A DNA stretch of 64,000 nt. Origin: Candidatus Woesearchaeota archaeon. Lineage in GTDB: Archaea > Nanobdellota > Nanobdellia > Woesearchaeales > JAAOYA01. How positions within the stretch are numbered: position 1 is the first letter of the stretch; every line of letters starts with the position of its first letter. The notes under the pieces were generated by a model, which was given only the letters and a program-made list of their open reading frames with translations, was not told the origin of the DNA and made no database searches. The DNA lies in NCBI GenBank assembly GCA_018221105.1, contig JAAOYA010000009.1:1-64000 (forward strand), in the 5' to 3' direction. Positions 45,001-52,576 of this stretch are shown here, one piece after another. Position numbers and translations under genes: made by a program.

Positions 45001-46184
45001 TTGAACACGTAGCCTGTCTTGTTAAACGTTACATTGTAGGGAATGTACGAAGTGTTGCTTGACTGGAACATTATAAGTTCTGTCATTATGAAGCGATTAG
45101 TAACTCCGGTAACAGAAGTGTTAATTGAATGCTCGAAAGCGTTAGTGCCATTTTGATAAAAAGACACGTTAACATCTTCAAGCCCGCTACCCGAAGAAGA
45201 ATCAGTAACATTAAACCAAACAAAATGCTGGAAAGTTATGTTGGCAGAAGGCACGCCGACAAAAGTAAGTTTATCGCGGTTAACACTAACATTGATTAAA
45301 TATAAGCTTGAACTTTGTTGTGCTTCGATACAGTCATACGCTGTGTCATTATTTGTTATTATTGAATTATAAAATTTTATACCTGTTGCATCATTGCTCA
45401 ATACTAAACAACGATCTGAAATTGTTGTTACGTTAATAACCGAATTATTAAATAAATTATTATCGCCGTCAATTAAAATATTATGGCCTTTAACATTTTC
45501 TAATATTAAGTTATCGAAAATATTATTTGTGCTTTGGTCGTCAATATTAATTCCATAAGATTCTACATTAGTAACTTGTACATACGAAAAAGAGTTATTG
45601 TTTGAAGGATTAGTATCTGTATTGTCTCCAAGCCAAATGCCATAAAATATTATATCACTAATAATTGTATTAGAAATAATATTTTCATTACTTTTTAAAT
45701 AATGGACTCCTACTTGACTAAAACTAATTTTAGAATTGCTAATATTGCTATTATTTGAATACATTGTTAAACCGTACTTACCATTGCCTCCGCCAGGACC
45801 ACAATTACTTACGTTGCTTTTGTCCATTTCAAATGGTGCGTAAACTGTCCATGTGTAGTTGTATTGATTGTGATTTTGTATTGTGCTGTTGTAGACAAAC
45901 ATTCCGGTGCTTGTTGGCGTAACATTTATTCCTTCATGGCCTTCACCAAAAGCTGACATGTTTAATGTAACATTGTTTAATGTTAGGCTAAACCCTGGTT
46001 GTACTGTGATGTTACCATCGATTACTAGTGTGTGATTATTAGAACAAGTAGTGTCTGCACCAATATCCCAATTACCTCCTGAGTAAGCCGGTGTACAAGT
46101 GGCGCTAACGATTTTTAGCATGGCAATTAAACTAATCAAAACTAACAATACTAGTTTCCAATTAGTGTTATTTCTTCTTGCCAT
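39006..46184 (-). CDS. Giant (2392 aa) surface glycoprotein/adhesin
   Basis: Signal peptide, three ~390-aa beta-helix modules, Ig/FN3-like domains, DGDGD..DCDD..GAPE..DDGIDQDCDG metal-binding motif, poly-Gly, TM, cytoplasmic coiled coil; many N-x-S/T sequons. Confidence 0.85.
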   Translation of the reverse strand: MARRNNTNWKLVLLVLISLIAMLKIVSATCTPAYSGGNWDIGADTTCSNNHTLVIDGNITVQPGFSLTLNNVTLNMSAFGEGHEGINVTPTSTGMFVYNSTIQNHNQYNYTWTVYAPFEMDKSNVSNCGPGGGNGKYGLTMYSNNSNISNSKISFSQVGVHYLKSNENIISNTIISDIIFYGIWLGDNTDTNPSNNNSFSYVQVTNVESYGINIDDQSTNNIFDNLILENVKGHNILIDGDNNLFNNSVINVTTISDRCLVLSNDATGIKFYNSIITNNDTAYDCIEAQQSSSLYLINVSVNRDKLTFVGVPSANITFQHFVWFNVTDSSSGSGLEDVNVSFYQNGTNAFEHSINTSVTGVTNRFIMTELIMFQSSNTSYIPYNVTFNKTGYVFNYTNVSINHSGTYYFSLAEVTPPACTGSEYSGSSDWVVDQETVCSNANFVVYGDVNVTTGGNLTLYNVTLNLNGSSDGDLDIQVFATSTGMFVYNSTVQSNNQYNYTWRVYAPFIMDNSIVRNVGNGSNYLVRGLAIYNDNVTINNSHFENVINALYIVGSNNKILNTRVETATVGIRIEGGANNTLDNVTINATNYRNLHIKNSNSNYLNNIKSSDGCWVIYDDHIWVENSSDTIINNSLIDVSGDCYGVYVSDYSQNTMIVDTVITNAGSIDDMWAQAYATTTIINSTVDRFNLLIESGANISFSYYAIFNVTNTSGLPVSGANITVQANNSNSVLNLTANPNGLTNQTILAEVVMQSSINETRNPHNVSAIAPSYDINISYHTIDHSGVYNINLLNNASAPLCSGTDYAGNGNWVVDQTTFCENVSLTVNGNIIINNSANLTFDNVTLTMATAGRINVTDQAGGMFVYDSLINSTNTGIDYTWVVHSDFLLENSSVIDCGETLPAEVGNYGLTIYSDNTIINSSFFGNNDYGVNLLGDNNTIINTVFNDSNWDNIRIGYTTHSSNNNIIDNVTTNSAFTSILLFSGLQGSNNNYINNLKVLGGGGLDIRQSENTTINNSVLNASTTSATMIFSSNASNAIVENTIVYNYGISNATKIGENSFATFLNVTIDRARLNIVNTTSNLTFYHYAFFNVTNSSGIPISNANLTIYDNNSLYIDTLNTSPSGLTNNILLIEGTALKGYSTGYLNISLTPHEVWANKSGYDYNISHHTIDHGGIYSIVLLEVSSSDIVPPSISLNWPLNNTQINNTLIIDFNFTAIDDVNTTLTCELYLDNSLVNNSFTVQNNTATILTASVPSYATKYNWSVNCTDGTNSNVSQTFYFTVNDTIIPTLTVQEPQNITYASNNVSINYTVSDANLDTCWYYNGTSNNSLVGCSNSSEILVNGQYTFTIYVNDTSNNINSTSISFNVSVDTSPPNWTSNKTHPTSPTTYNETLTYQFNTTWVDASGIDQVWIAHNFTGPWTINRSVFNSSNEYYYNIGPLAAGVYGWQYFANDTSGYENNTINFSYTIQRATPVFNITIIPSTITYGQNVTINCTSNTLQPNRTLVRNGLTLNLAEEIDVSWFSAGTYNFTCAAPQSQNYTQHNTSIQTLTVIQATTYLNLTINNTESNTTILQYTNLTIDATVNSTEGYLELWVNNTLVNNGTTPINNLVEFNNSKIIPVTAVYSGSQNWTNTSKTFFVNVTQVALVNTVQPSINLSAPPTNTQLNDSLTVNFNFTVIGGNNTFNCTLRVNNFNVSYNDSVQNNTLTTMQHTTASYGSYFWNVYCNDGALSNISQTFYFNITDTLPPIISNVSNVSITNESVVIIWDTDENATATIFIGTTTALGPGTTNFSSNTTHHLVQVNNLQSGTLYYYNVSSRDPSTNTAQQGPYNFTTLASPISPTITALRPINNFVFTNTHNITLNFTVDDDNASVNCTLYVDGAQNQSVILTPTANATLNVTGLAYSTIAHNWNVICNDSTSVGISTVNTFYVYEDGDGDIHYPQLAHPNTLGDCDDTDSTIHVGAPEVLDDGIDQDCDGSDSTSNIGGGGGGGSSPPPDNTDNNTIIVHNNTNTTGFEDITGDSTVNTTNTPTNESPGIVDDVLDIDDDISEIIDKIADANQISDWQSISLKMDSQKLTENYSTNRSFVFNSSTNTTLVNLTIDVATPLYNVSVYEDIPKCVIELLQANMTPEQIEEELGVHFNNWNFEVEQTDPLIVWHFDIMTETTDLSYSINKNLLDECKKQFKNVAIADRGLSQNPWLKWLSYIIGILITPVVVLGFVFFNRFNSAFIVESELMSQMTALKKEERAIYNAEKNLESQEVIIENEEKRVAQKLNFEKFKENMSKFPLVKVFYRTLEIFNRSKIEHLHEKEAEIRKEEVEARAEEARLKKEETKVQKAIENIEFETAELIPEIDHLKQDNVGEPTIRHCLERLGWRKESVDKALEKVYSNK

Positions 46185-46485
46185 TTTCTAATTTCTTTTT
46201 TGCTTTGTGATACGTTGCCCAGATTGTTCTATCATCGCGTTCTAGTGCTCTGGCTATTTGAGAAAATTTTAGACCTTTTGTGTCTTTGAGGTAAACTGTT
46301 ATGGATTCTAGAACTCCTAAACTGCGATTTTTGAAAATGTCAAGCGGTATTGAGAATTGTAGTTTTTCAGAAACTTCGCCTGTGAGCACCAGGATTTCGT
46401 CGAATGTTAGACCGTAGATTTTTTGCAGATTTTCAACTAGTTTGTTAAACTTCTCTTTAATATTATTATCGCGCTCCACGTCCAT
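46168..46485 (-). CDS. Small HTH DNA-binding protein
   Basis: LKFSQIARALERDDRTIWATY HTH; overlaps the start of the giant surface-protein gene. Confidence 0.75.
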   Translation of the reverse strand: MDVERDNNIKEKFNKLVENLQKIYGLTFDEILVLTGEVSEKLQFSIPLDIFKNRSLGVLESITVYLKDTKGLKFSQIARALERDDRTIWATYHKAKKKLENGKKK

Positions 46486-46600
46486 TAATACTTACTAGGT
46501 AAGAACTAGTATATAAAAGTTATGAAAAAATAAGAGAAAAAAAAGAAAAATACTTATTAAATAAGAAAAAATCAAGCTAATATTGTTTTATCAAGAAGAA

Positions 46601-46630
46601 AATAAAAAAAGAAGATTAAATTAGCAAGCA
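46601..46630. repeat. 30-bp direct repeat, copy 1 (3' end and T-tract terminator of paralog 1)
   Basis: aataaaaaaagaagattaaattagcaagca, identical to 47149-47178. Confidence 0.9.
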
Positions 46631-47100
46631 GTTCCTGCAGGCGTTGGCTGATCGCAAGAATTATCTAAACATTGATAATCTTCTTGGCAAGCAATTCCTG
46701 AAACCAATTTTGGTTTGCACGTGGAATCTTCAACTAACAAATCGCAGTAGAAAAAATTTGGGCTTTTACACTCGGTATGGGCTGTACAATAGTCTTCTCC
46801 TTCGCAATCAGGGTCTATATCTTCTCTAAAAATATTGCAGCACCCGTCGCTAAACTCTGAACAAGCACCCTCATAGGTATCGGCTTTGCAGGCTTGAACG
46901 CAAACGTTAGCAACAAATCCTTGAATAGGAAATTGTGTGTTATTTTTATAATCGGCAAAAGTAGGGTTGTAAACATGTGCGCAGTCCTGTACACAATGAC
47001 CTAATTGAATCCTCTTTGCAGCGTACACGACAACTGATAGAACTGTGATAACAACCAAAAGTATGACGATTATCCTTTTATAGTGACTGTGTTCGACCAT
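46621..47100 (-). CDS. Secreted cysteine-rich protein (paralog 1)
   Basis: N-terminal hydrophobic segment; 16 Cys aligned with the neighbouring gene. Confidence 0.8.
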   Translation of the reverse strand: MVEHSHYKRIIVILLVVITVLSVVVYAAKRIQLGHCVQDCAHVYNPTFADYKNNTQFPIQGFVANVCVQACKADTYEGACSEFSDGCCNIFREDIDPDCEGEDYCTAHTECKSPNFFYCDLLVEDSTCKPKLVSGIACQEDYQCLDNSCDQPTPAGTAC

Positions 47101-47148
47101 AATACTATATTTTTCATACTAGTTATATATAAAATATTTGATAAAAAT

Positions 47149-47178
47149 AATAAAAAAAGAAGATTAAATTAGCAAGCA
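47149..47178. repeat. 30-bp direct repeat, copy 2
   Basis: Identical to 46601-46630. Confidence 0.9.
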
Positions 47179-47633
47179 AATCCTGAAACTGTTGATTGAT
47201 CGCATGTATTATCAACACACTGCTCATCAAAATCACATAACTGGCCTGCTCCTAGTTTTGCTTGGCATGAACTATCGGTTGCGCAATATTCTGTAGTTTC
47301 ACAATCTGCGTGCACTGAACAGGTGTTTGGATCTTCTAGTCCGCAGTCTTCCCAATCTGTTTCTTGCTCGTATACATTGCAGCAGTCATCTTTTGTTCCT
47401 AAACATGCTCCTTCAGTTGTTAGAACTTTACAGTAATCTACACAACCTTGTTGATATGTTTCTGCTACAAGAAAGAATTCTGCATCGGCATCAGCAAGTG
47501 TTGGATTGTAAGCTTGTACACAGTCTTTTACACATGGTCCTAGTTTAGCTTTTGTTTGACCGCCGCCTGCGAATGCTACTGATGCGCTTAGTGCGATCAT
47601 GATTGCCACTAGTGCTATTAATATTTTTTTCAT
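47169..47633 (-). CDS. Secreted cysteine-rich protein (paralog 2)
   Basis: Signal peptide ending AFA; 16 Cys; GGAGGT SD. Confidence 0.82.
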   Translation of the reverse strand: MKKILIALVAIMIALSASVAFAGGGQTKAKLGPCVKDCVQAYNPTLADADAEFFLVAETYQQGCVDYCKVLTTEGACLGTKDDCCNVYEQETDWEDCGLEDPNTCSVHADCETTEYCATDSSCQAKLGAGQLCDFDEQCVDNTCDQSTVSGFAC

Positions 47634-47822
47634 TTTGTTTTACCTCCTATTAGTTAATAAAATATAATATGTCACCCTCTAAGCGTCCGACGAGAAAGTT
47701 ATATATAAAACTTGCTGTATTGGACTATTAACAATAAGTTTTTTGGGTTTAGAAAACTTAGAATGTATGTATACAAATACATATATTGTTTTATATAAAT
47801 TTATATAAATGTTGAAGTTTTT

Positions 47823-48110
47823 ATGATTTTCATGCAATTGTTAACTAAAAAGAAAAATGAAGTAATTCATTACCCTAGTCTGAGAACTGTTTTGATGGTA
47901 GAACACACTCTAAAAAACGCAAATACTTTGTTAACTAGAGAAGAACTAAAAAGAGAACTGCCCAGAAAAGTTATGCATCAAACGCTTAATGTTATCTTGC
48001 AATACTTAGAGAATAGCGGAAAAATATTGGATGGTCGAAAAGGCATATTGTGGATTTTCAATCCTAGTGAAAAACTAGATAAAGCAATAACAAAAGGTAT
48101 TGAATTATGA
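47823..48110 (+). CDS. wHTH protein, putative antitoxin
   Basis: HYPSLRTVLMVE..L...LPRKVMHQTL..IL.YLE.SGKI; ATGA overlap with the next gene. Confidence 0.65.
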   Translation: MIFMQLLTKKKNEVIHYPSLRTVLMVEHTLKNANTLLTREELKRELPRKVMHQTLNVILQYLENSGKILDGRKGILWIFNPSEKLDKAITKGIEL

Positions 48111-48487
48111 TGTTTAAGGGAAAACCTGTAAAGGTTGTTATTACAGGTGAAGCTCAAAAAGAGTATAAGGCATTAAACGCTGTTGTTGGAAGAGAAAAAG
48201 TAAAAGGTTTGAAAACTAGCGATTATCAAAAATTGTTAAAATCAATTAATCAAAAGATTGATTTGTTAAAAGATAATCCTCAATATGGAATTCACATACC
48301 GAAAAATAAGACTCCTCCAATATACATTAAAAAATATGATGTGAATAATTTATGGAAAGTAAACCTTGTTGGGGCTTGGAGGATGATATATACAATAAAG
48401 GGTAGTGAAGTGGACATAATAGCGTTGATACTTGACTTGATGAATCATAAAGATTATAATAAAAAATTTGGTTATAAGAAAAAATAA
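48107..48487 (+). CDS. RelE/ParE-like toxin
   Basis: Basic 126-aa protein; I..LK.NP..G..I......LWKV.L...WRMIYTI......H..Y. Confidence 0.65.
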   Translation: MMFKGKPVKVVITGEAQKEYKALNAVVGREKVKGLKTSDYQKLLKSINQKIDLLKDNPQYGIHIPKNKTPPIYIKKYDVNNLWKVNLVGAWRMIYTIKGSEVDIIALILDLMNHKDYNKKFGYKKK

Positions 48488-48489
48488 TA

Positions 48490-49560
48490 TTAGAATTCAG
48501 TCAACTTCTTCATTCCAGAATAGTTCACGATAGTAGTTGTTCCATCAGGCCCGCCAGTCATCTTTTTTGTCGAGATAAACTTGTTCTCAGATAACTTGGC
48601 GATTTTTCGCTGGAAAGTCTTATACGAAGACTTGCCGCCCTCGTTAGAATATATTTTAAACAATTCTCCGATTTTTGTTCCAGAATTAATTTTGATGATT
48701 TTTAGCATGAATTGTTCTTCGTCTTCTAAATCAACAGTTTTTTTGGTCAAGAATTCATTTAATTTGTCTATTGCAATCGCGACATGCTCAACAGTAATCT
48801 TGCGCGCTGCTTTATCCTCGGCAGCGTTTCCTGCTTCTTTTAATAAGTGCAATCCAGTCCTTATGTCCCCAAGTTCAAAGGTTTTAGCTGCAATAATTTC
48901 GAATGCTTTGTCATCCCAAACGTTAGAAGCAAAAGCAAACTTCAAACGATGACTTAGAATGTCTTTTGTCTCAGCTGCATTGTACTGGTTGAACTCTAGC
49001 ATTTCAGGCAACAATCGACTTTTTATCCGCTCATCTAATTCTAATACCCAATCCTTATAATTTGTTATCAGAACTATCGTCTTGCGATACAGGTCTTCTA
49101 ATAAATTATACAAAAAATCCAAGTCCTCGGCCTTATCAATCTCGTCAAAGCAAAACACTGCACTTTTCTTATTCAAGTTTTCTTTAACAATCTTAAAAAG
49201 CTCCTCAGTTTTTTTATTCTGAACAAACCTGTAGCCTATTTGATCGCAAATCTCCACCACAATCTTGTAAGAGGTAGTTTTTTGCCAGCAATTAATGTAA
49301 ATTGGGATTACTTCATCAGTCTCATCTTCTAATTCTTCAAAAAGCTGCCTAACTGCCACGGTCTTGCCTACTCCTGGCGCGCCATGAACTAGTAAATTTT
49401 TCCCATTGCGTTTAGAAAATAATGGTTTTATAGAGTTAGCTATAGCTGATTGCTCGCTTTCACGATGGCGAACTGGCTTTGGAATAAAATCATAATCTAG
49501 TGCTACTGTGTCGCGAAATACTGATTCTGTATCCTTTAACATGTCTTTAAAGTGTGACAT
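48490..49560 (-). CDS. cdc6: Orc1/Cdc6 replication initiator
   Basis: L.YDF.P....HRE, GAPGVGKT, YINC, FDEID, RIKSRL, GDIR, C-terminal wHTH. Confidence 0.9.
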   Translation of the reverse strand: MSHFKDMLKDTESVFRDTVALDYDFIPKPVRHRESEQSAIANSIKPLFSKRNGKNLLVHGAPGVGKTVAVRQLFEELEDETDEVIPIYINCWQKTTSYKIVVEICDQIGYRFVQNKKTEELFKIVKENLNKKSAVFCFDEIDKAEDLDFLYNLLEDLYRKTIVLITNYKDWVLELDERIKSRLLPEMLEFNQYNAAETKDILSHRLKFAFASNVWDDKAFEIIAAKTFELGDIRTGLHLLKEAGNAAEDKAARKITVEHVAIAIDKLNEFLTKKTVDLEDEEQFMLKIIKINSGTKIGELFKIYSNEGGKSSYKTFQRKIAKLSENKFISTKKMTGGPDGTTTIVNYSGMKKLTEF

Positions 49561-49814
49561 ACAAAACCATTAACACTGTTTTTTTATAAGTTTTTTGGCA
49601 AAGCATAGTTTTTTATATGTGTAAAACAACTCCTATGTCTTCGTCTTTAATATGTTGTGATTTTAATGGATAAACAAAACCTTTGTTGCGGGCACTGCTC
49701 TCACTTTCAAAAGCTTTCTAAAGAGATGGGAGACTGTAATGTTTTAGGTATTAGAGTATTATGTAATGATAATATGGCTATAGGCTGTAACAAGTTTTCT
49801 AAATTAGCTGCCAA

Positions 49815-50129
49815 TTAAATGTTACGACCGCACTTTCTACAAAAACCGTCATGATGGTGCGCGGTTGTTTTACAGGTTGGGCAATGCTTATACTTTTGTT
49901 GTGCTACTTCATTAGCAACTTCTTTTGCTAGTGATTGACTAACAACTTTCTCTTCAACTTTTTTTACAAATAATAATTTTATAGCACCGTATAATGCCAT
50001 CACGCTACCAATAACAACGAAAAGTAATAGTTTTAATTCTTGATTGCGAATATTTAACCACCAAGAAAGACCCGTGACTATAAGACCAATAATTAATAGT
50101 ACTGCGCCATGTATGCCTCTTTTTTTCAT
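49815..50129 (-). CDS. 2-TM protein with C-terminal zinc ribbon
   Basis: Two TM helices; CPTC...FCRKCG. Confidence 0.75.
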   Translation of the reverse strand: MKKRGIHGAVLLIIGLIVTGLSWWLNIRNQELKLLLFVVIGSVMALYGAIKLLFVKKVEEKVVSQSLAKEVANEVAQQKYKHCPTCKTTAHHHDGFCRKCGRNI

Positions 50130-50228
50130 AATGGTATTTTAGCCTCTTTAATATTTAAGGTTTTTGATAGCAAGTTTTTTAAAGGAGTAGCTCCTAGTCC
50201 TATTTATTAAAAAAAGTGGTGAAAATTA

Positions 50229-50804
50229 GTGGTTAAACACGTTGGACTTTTTGAAATTAGATTTCATGGCAGGGGAGGCCAGGGCGCTAAAAGCGCTGCA
50301 GCAATTCTAGCAACTACAGCTTTAGAGACTGGAAAACAAATACAGAGTTTTCCAGAGTACGGCGCTGAGCGCCAGGGAGCACCAGTTAAAGCTTATACTA
50401 GAATTAGTGATAAACCTATTTTTATTCACACTGGTGTCACACAACCGGATCTTGTAGTAGTATTGGATGAAACACTATTAAAAAATATTCCGGTAGCACA
50501 AGGATTAAACGATAAAGGAATACTAATTGCAAATACTGACAAATCAGCACAAGAAGTACAAACACTAACAAAATTTAGTGGCAAAATTATTACGTTAGAC
50601 GCTACAAAAATAGCATTAGATACTGTTGGAAAAAACATTCCTAACACTCCGATGCTTGGAGCAATAGCAAAAGTTACAGGCTTAGTGAGTGTTCAAGCCC
50701 TAAAAGAAAACGTCAAGCACAAATTCGAGCGAAAGCTAAGCACTGAGTTAGTAAACAAGAATTTAGAAGCAGTACAAATTGCAGCAGACAAAGTAAAAAA
50801 ATGA
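50229..50804 (+). CDS. porC: Pyruvate:ferredoxin oxidoreductase gamma subunit
   Basis: EIRFHGRGGQG, FPEYGAERQGAPV, PNTPMLGA. Confidence 0.93.
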   Translation: MVKHVGLFEIRFHGRGGQGAKSAAAILATTALETGKQIQSFPEYGAERQGAPVKAYTRISDKPIFIHTGVTQPDLVVVLDETLLKNIPVAQGLNDKGILIANTDKSAQEVQTLTKFSGKIITLDATKIALDTVGKNIPNTPMLGAIAKVTGLVSVQALKENVKHKFERKLSTELVNKNLEAVQIAADKVKK

Positions 50805-51130
50805 CTGATCCAAACACTCCGCCAAGAGAACCAAGATATAACAAAAAGTATGGTTATAAAGAAATTCCAATAGGTGGAATGATAACAGATTTTATGAGCA
50901 GCGAAGAATACAAGTCAGGAGACTGGCGCACTTTCAGGCCAATACACATACCAGAGAAATGCACTCATTGTATGATATGCTGGACCTTATGCCCTGACAG
51001 TAGCATCATAACTAAAGAAGCAAAATTTATTGAATTCGATTATTACCATTGCAAAGGTTGCGGCATTTGCGCAAAAGAATGCCCGTTTAAAGCAATAGAT
51101 ATGAAAGACGAAAAAGAATTCCGCGATTAA
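50801..51130 (+). CDS. porD: Pyruvate:ferredoxin oxidoreductase delta subunit (2x[4Fe-4S])
   Basis: GDWR..RP, CTHCMICWTLCP, CKGCGICAKECP. Confidence 0.93.
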   Translation: MTDPNTPPREPRYNKKYGYKEIPIGGMITDFMSSEEYKSGDWRTFRPIHIPEKCTHCMICWTLCPDSSIITKEAKFIEFDYYHCKGCGICAKECPFKAIDMKDEKEFRD

Positions 51131-51131
51131 A

Positions 51132-52304
51132 ATGACACAAAAAAGAGTAGCTATCACAGGAGCACAAGCAAGCGCTAACGCAATGCGCCAAATCAATCCA
51201 GAAGTTGTAGCAGCTTATCCGATAACACCGCAAACAGATGTCATGCACGCCTTTGCAAAGTTCGTAGCTGACGGCAAAGTAGACACAGAACTAATACTGG
51301 TAGAGTCAGAACACAGTGCTATGAGTGCTTGCGTTGGAGCAGCAGCAGGCGGAGTAAGAGCAATGACAGCATCAGCAGCTAACGGAATAGCATTAATGTG
51401 GGAGATAATATACATAGCAGCCTCAAACAGACTACCAATAACAATGAACGTTGTAAACAGAGCATTAAGTGGACCAATCAACATTCACTGTGACCACTCA
51501 GACAGCATGGGCTGTCGCGATGCAGGATGGCTGCAATTCTACTCTGAAAGCGCGCAAGAAGCATACGAGAATACTTTAATGGCGCAAAAAGTTAGTGAGC
51601 ACCCACAAGTTTTGCTGCCATCAATGGTATGCCAAGACGGTTTCATAACAAGTCATGCAGTAGAAGTAGTAGACCTACTAGATGACGCGACAGTAAAAAA
51701 CTTCATAGGAAACTACACGCCAAAATACCCATTATTAAACTATGAACAACCAATGACCAGTGGACCAGTAGACTTTTACGATTATTACTTCGAGCACAAA
51801 AAACAACAAATGGACGCCATGGAAAAAGCAAAAACAGTAATACACAATGTTTTCAACGAATTCGAAAAAATCACTGGAACACACTACGACTTTTTTGAAG
51901 GGTACCAATTAGAAGACGCAGAAACTGTGCTAGTAGCAGCCAGTTCAAGCGCTGGAACAATAAGAGTAGTAGTAGACAAACTAAGAAGCCAGGGAAAAAA
52001 AGTCGGGCTATTAAAAATAAGAGTTTTCAGACCATTTAACAACGAACTAATAACAAAAAAATTAGAGAACGCAAAAGCAGTAGCAATACTAGATCGCAGC
52101 GCAACATTTGGGGGATTTGGAGGACCACTATTTACAGAGATCAGAAGCGCGTTTTACGAAAAAACTAAAAAGCCAACAATCATAAATTATATTTACGGCC
52201 TAGGAGGCCGAGACTTAACAGTAGAACTAGTACAACAAGCTTACAGTGAACTAGAAAAACCTAAACAAGGACCAACAGTTAGAACGCTTGGAGTACGAGA
52301 ATAA
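51132..52304 (+). CDS. porA: Pyruvate:ferredoxin oxidoreductase alpha subunit
   Basis: AAYPITPQT, VESEHSAMS, NRALSGPINIH.DHSD, GLGGRD. Confidence 0.95.
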   Translation: MTQKRVAITGAQASANAMRQINPEVVAAYPITPQTDVMHAFAKFVADGKVDTELILVESEHSAMSACVGAAAGGVRAMTASAANGIALMWEIIYIAASNRLPITMNVVNRALSGPINIHCDHSDSMGCRDAGWLQFYSESAQEAYENTLMAQKVSEHPQVLLPSMVCQDGFITSHAVEVVDLLDDATVKNFIGNYTPKYPLLNYEQPMTSGPVDFYDYYFEHKKQQMDAMEKAKTVIHNVFNEFEKITGTHYDFFEGYQLEDAETVLVAASSSAGTIRVVVDKLRSQGKKVGLLKIRVFRPFNNELITKKLENAKAVAILDRSATFGGFGGPLFTEIRSAFYEKTKKPTIINYIYGLGGRDLTVELVQQAYSELEKPKQGPTVRTLGVRE

Positions 52305-52317
52305 AGGTGATACCAAA

Positions 52318-52572
52318 ATGACACGATGGCAAGACCTAAAACCATGGGTTCGCGGCGGAATAATTGGACTGCTGCCACCAGTAATCTTTATGGTAATAAT
52401 AGTATTTTTTACTATTAGCGTGGCAGGCGTAGTGTGCCCGACACTATCAGAAAGCGTCCAATGCTCCATGATAAGGTTCTTTTTCACATACTTCATAATA
52501 TACCTTGTCATAGCAATACCATATTTTTTCATCGGAGCATTCATAAGCAGTGTGTTTTCAAAAGAAGTATAA
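52318..52572 (+). CDS. Small 2-TM protein inside the por operon
   Basis: AGGTGA SD, ATG 52318, two TM helices flanking a C-x8-C loop. Confidence 0.65.
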   Translation: MTRWQDLKPWVRGGIIGLLPPVIFMVIIVFFTISVAGVVCPTLSESVQCSMIRFFFTYFIIYLVIAIPYFFIGAFISSVFSKEV

Positions 52573-52576
52573 AAAA

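Noticed and set aside
49561..49814. Replication origin upstream of cdc6
   Set aside because: No ORB-like repeats (TCCA..GAAAC with G-string) or clear repeated elements seen; cannot be supported without skew analysis
49611..49814. Frameshifted small ORF on the minus strand
   Set aside because: Two short open stretches in different frames with no recognisable homology
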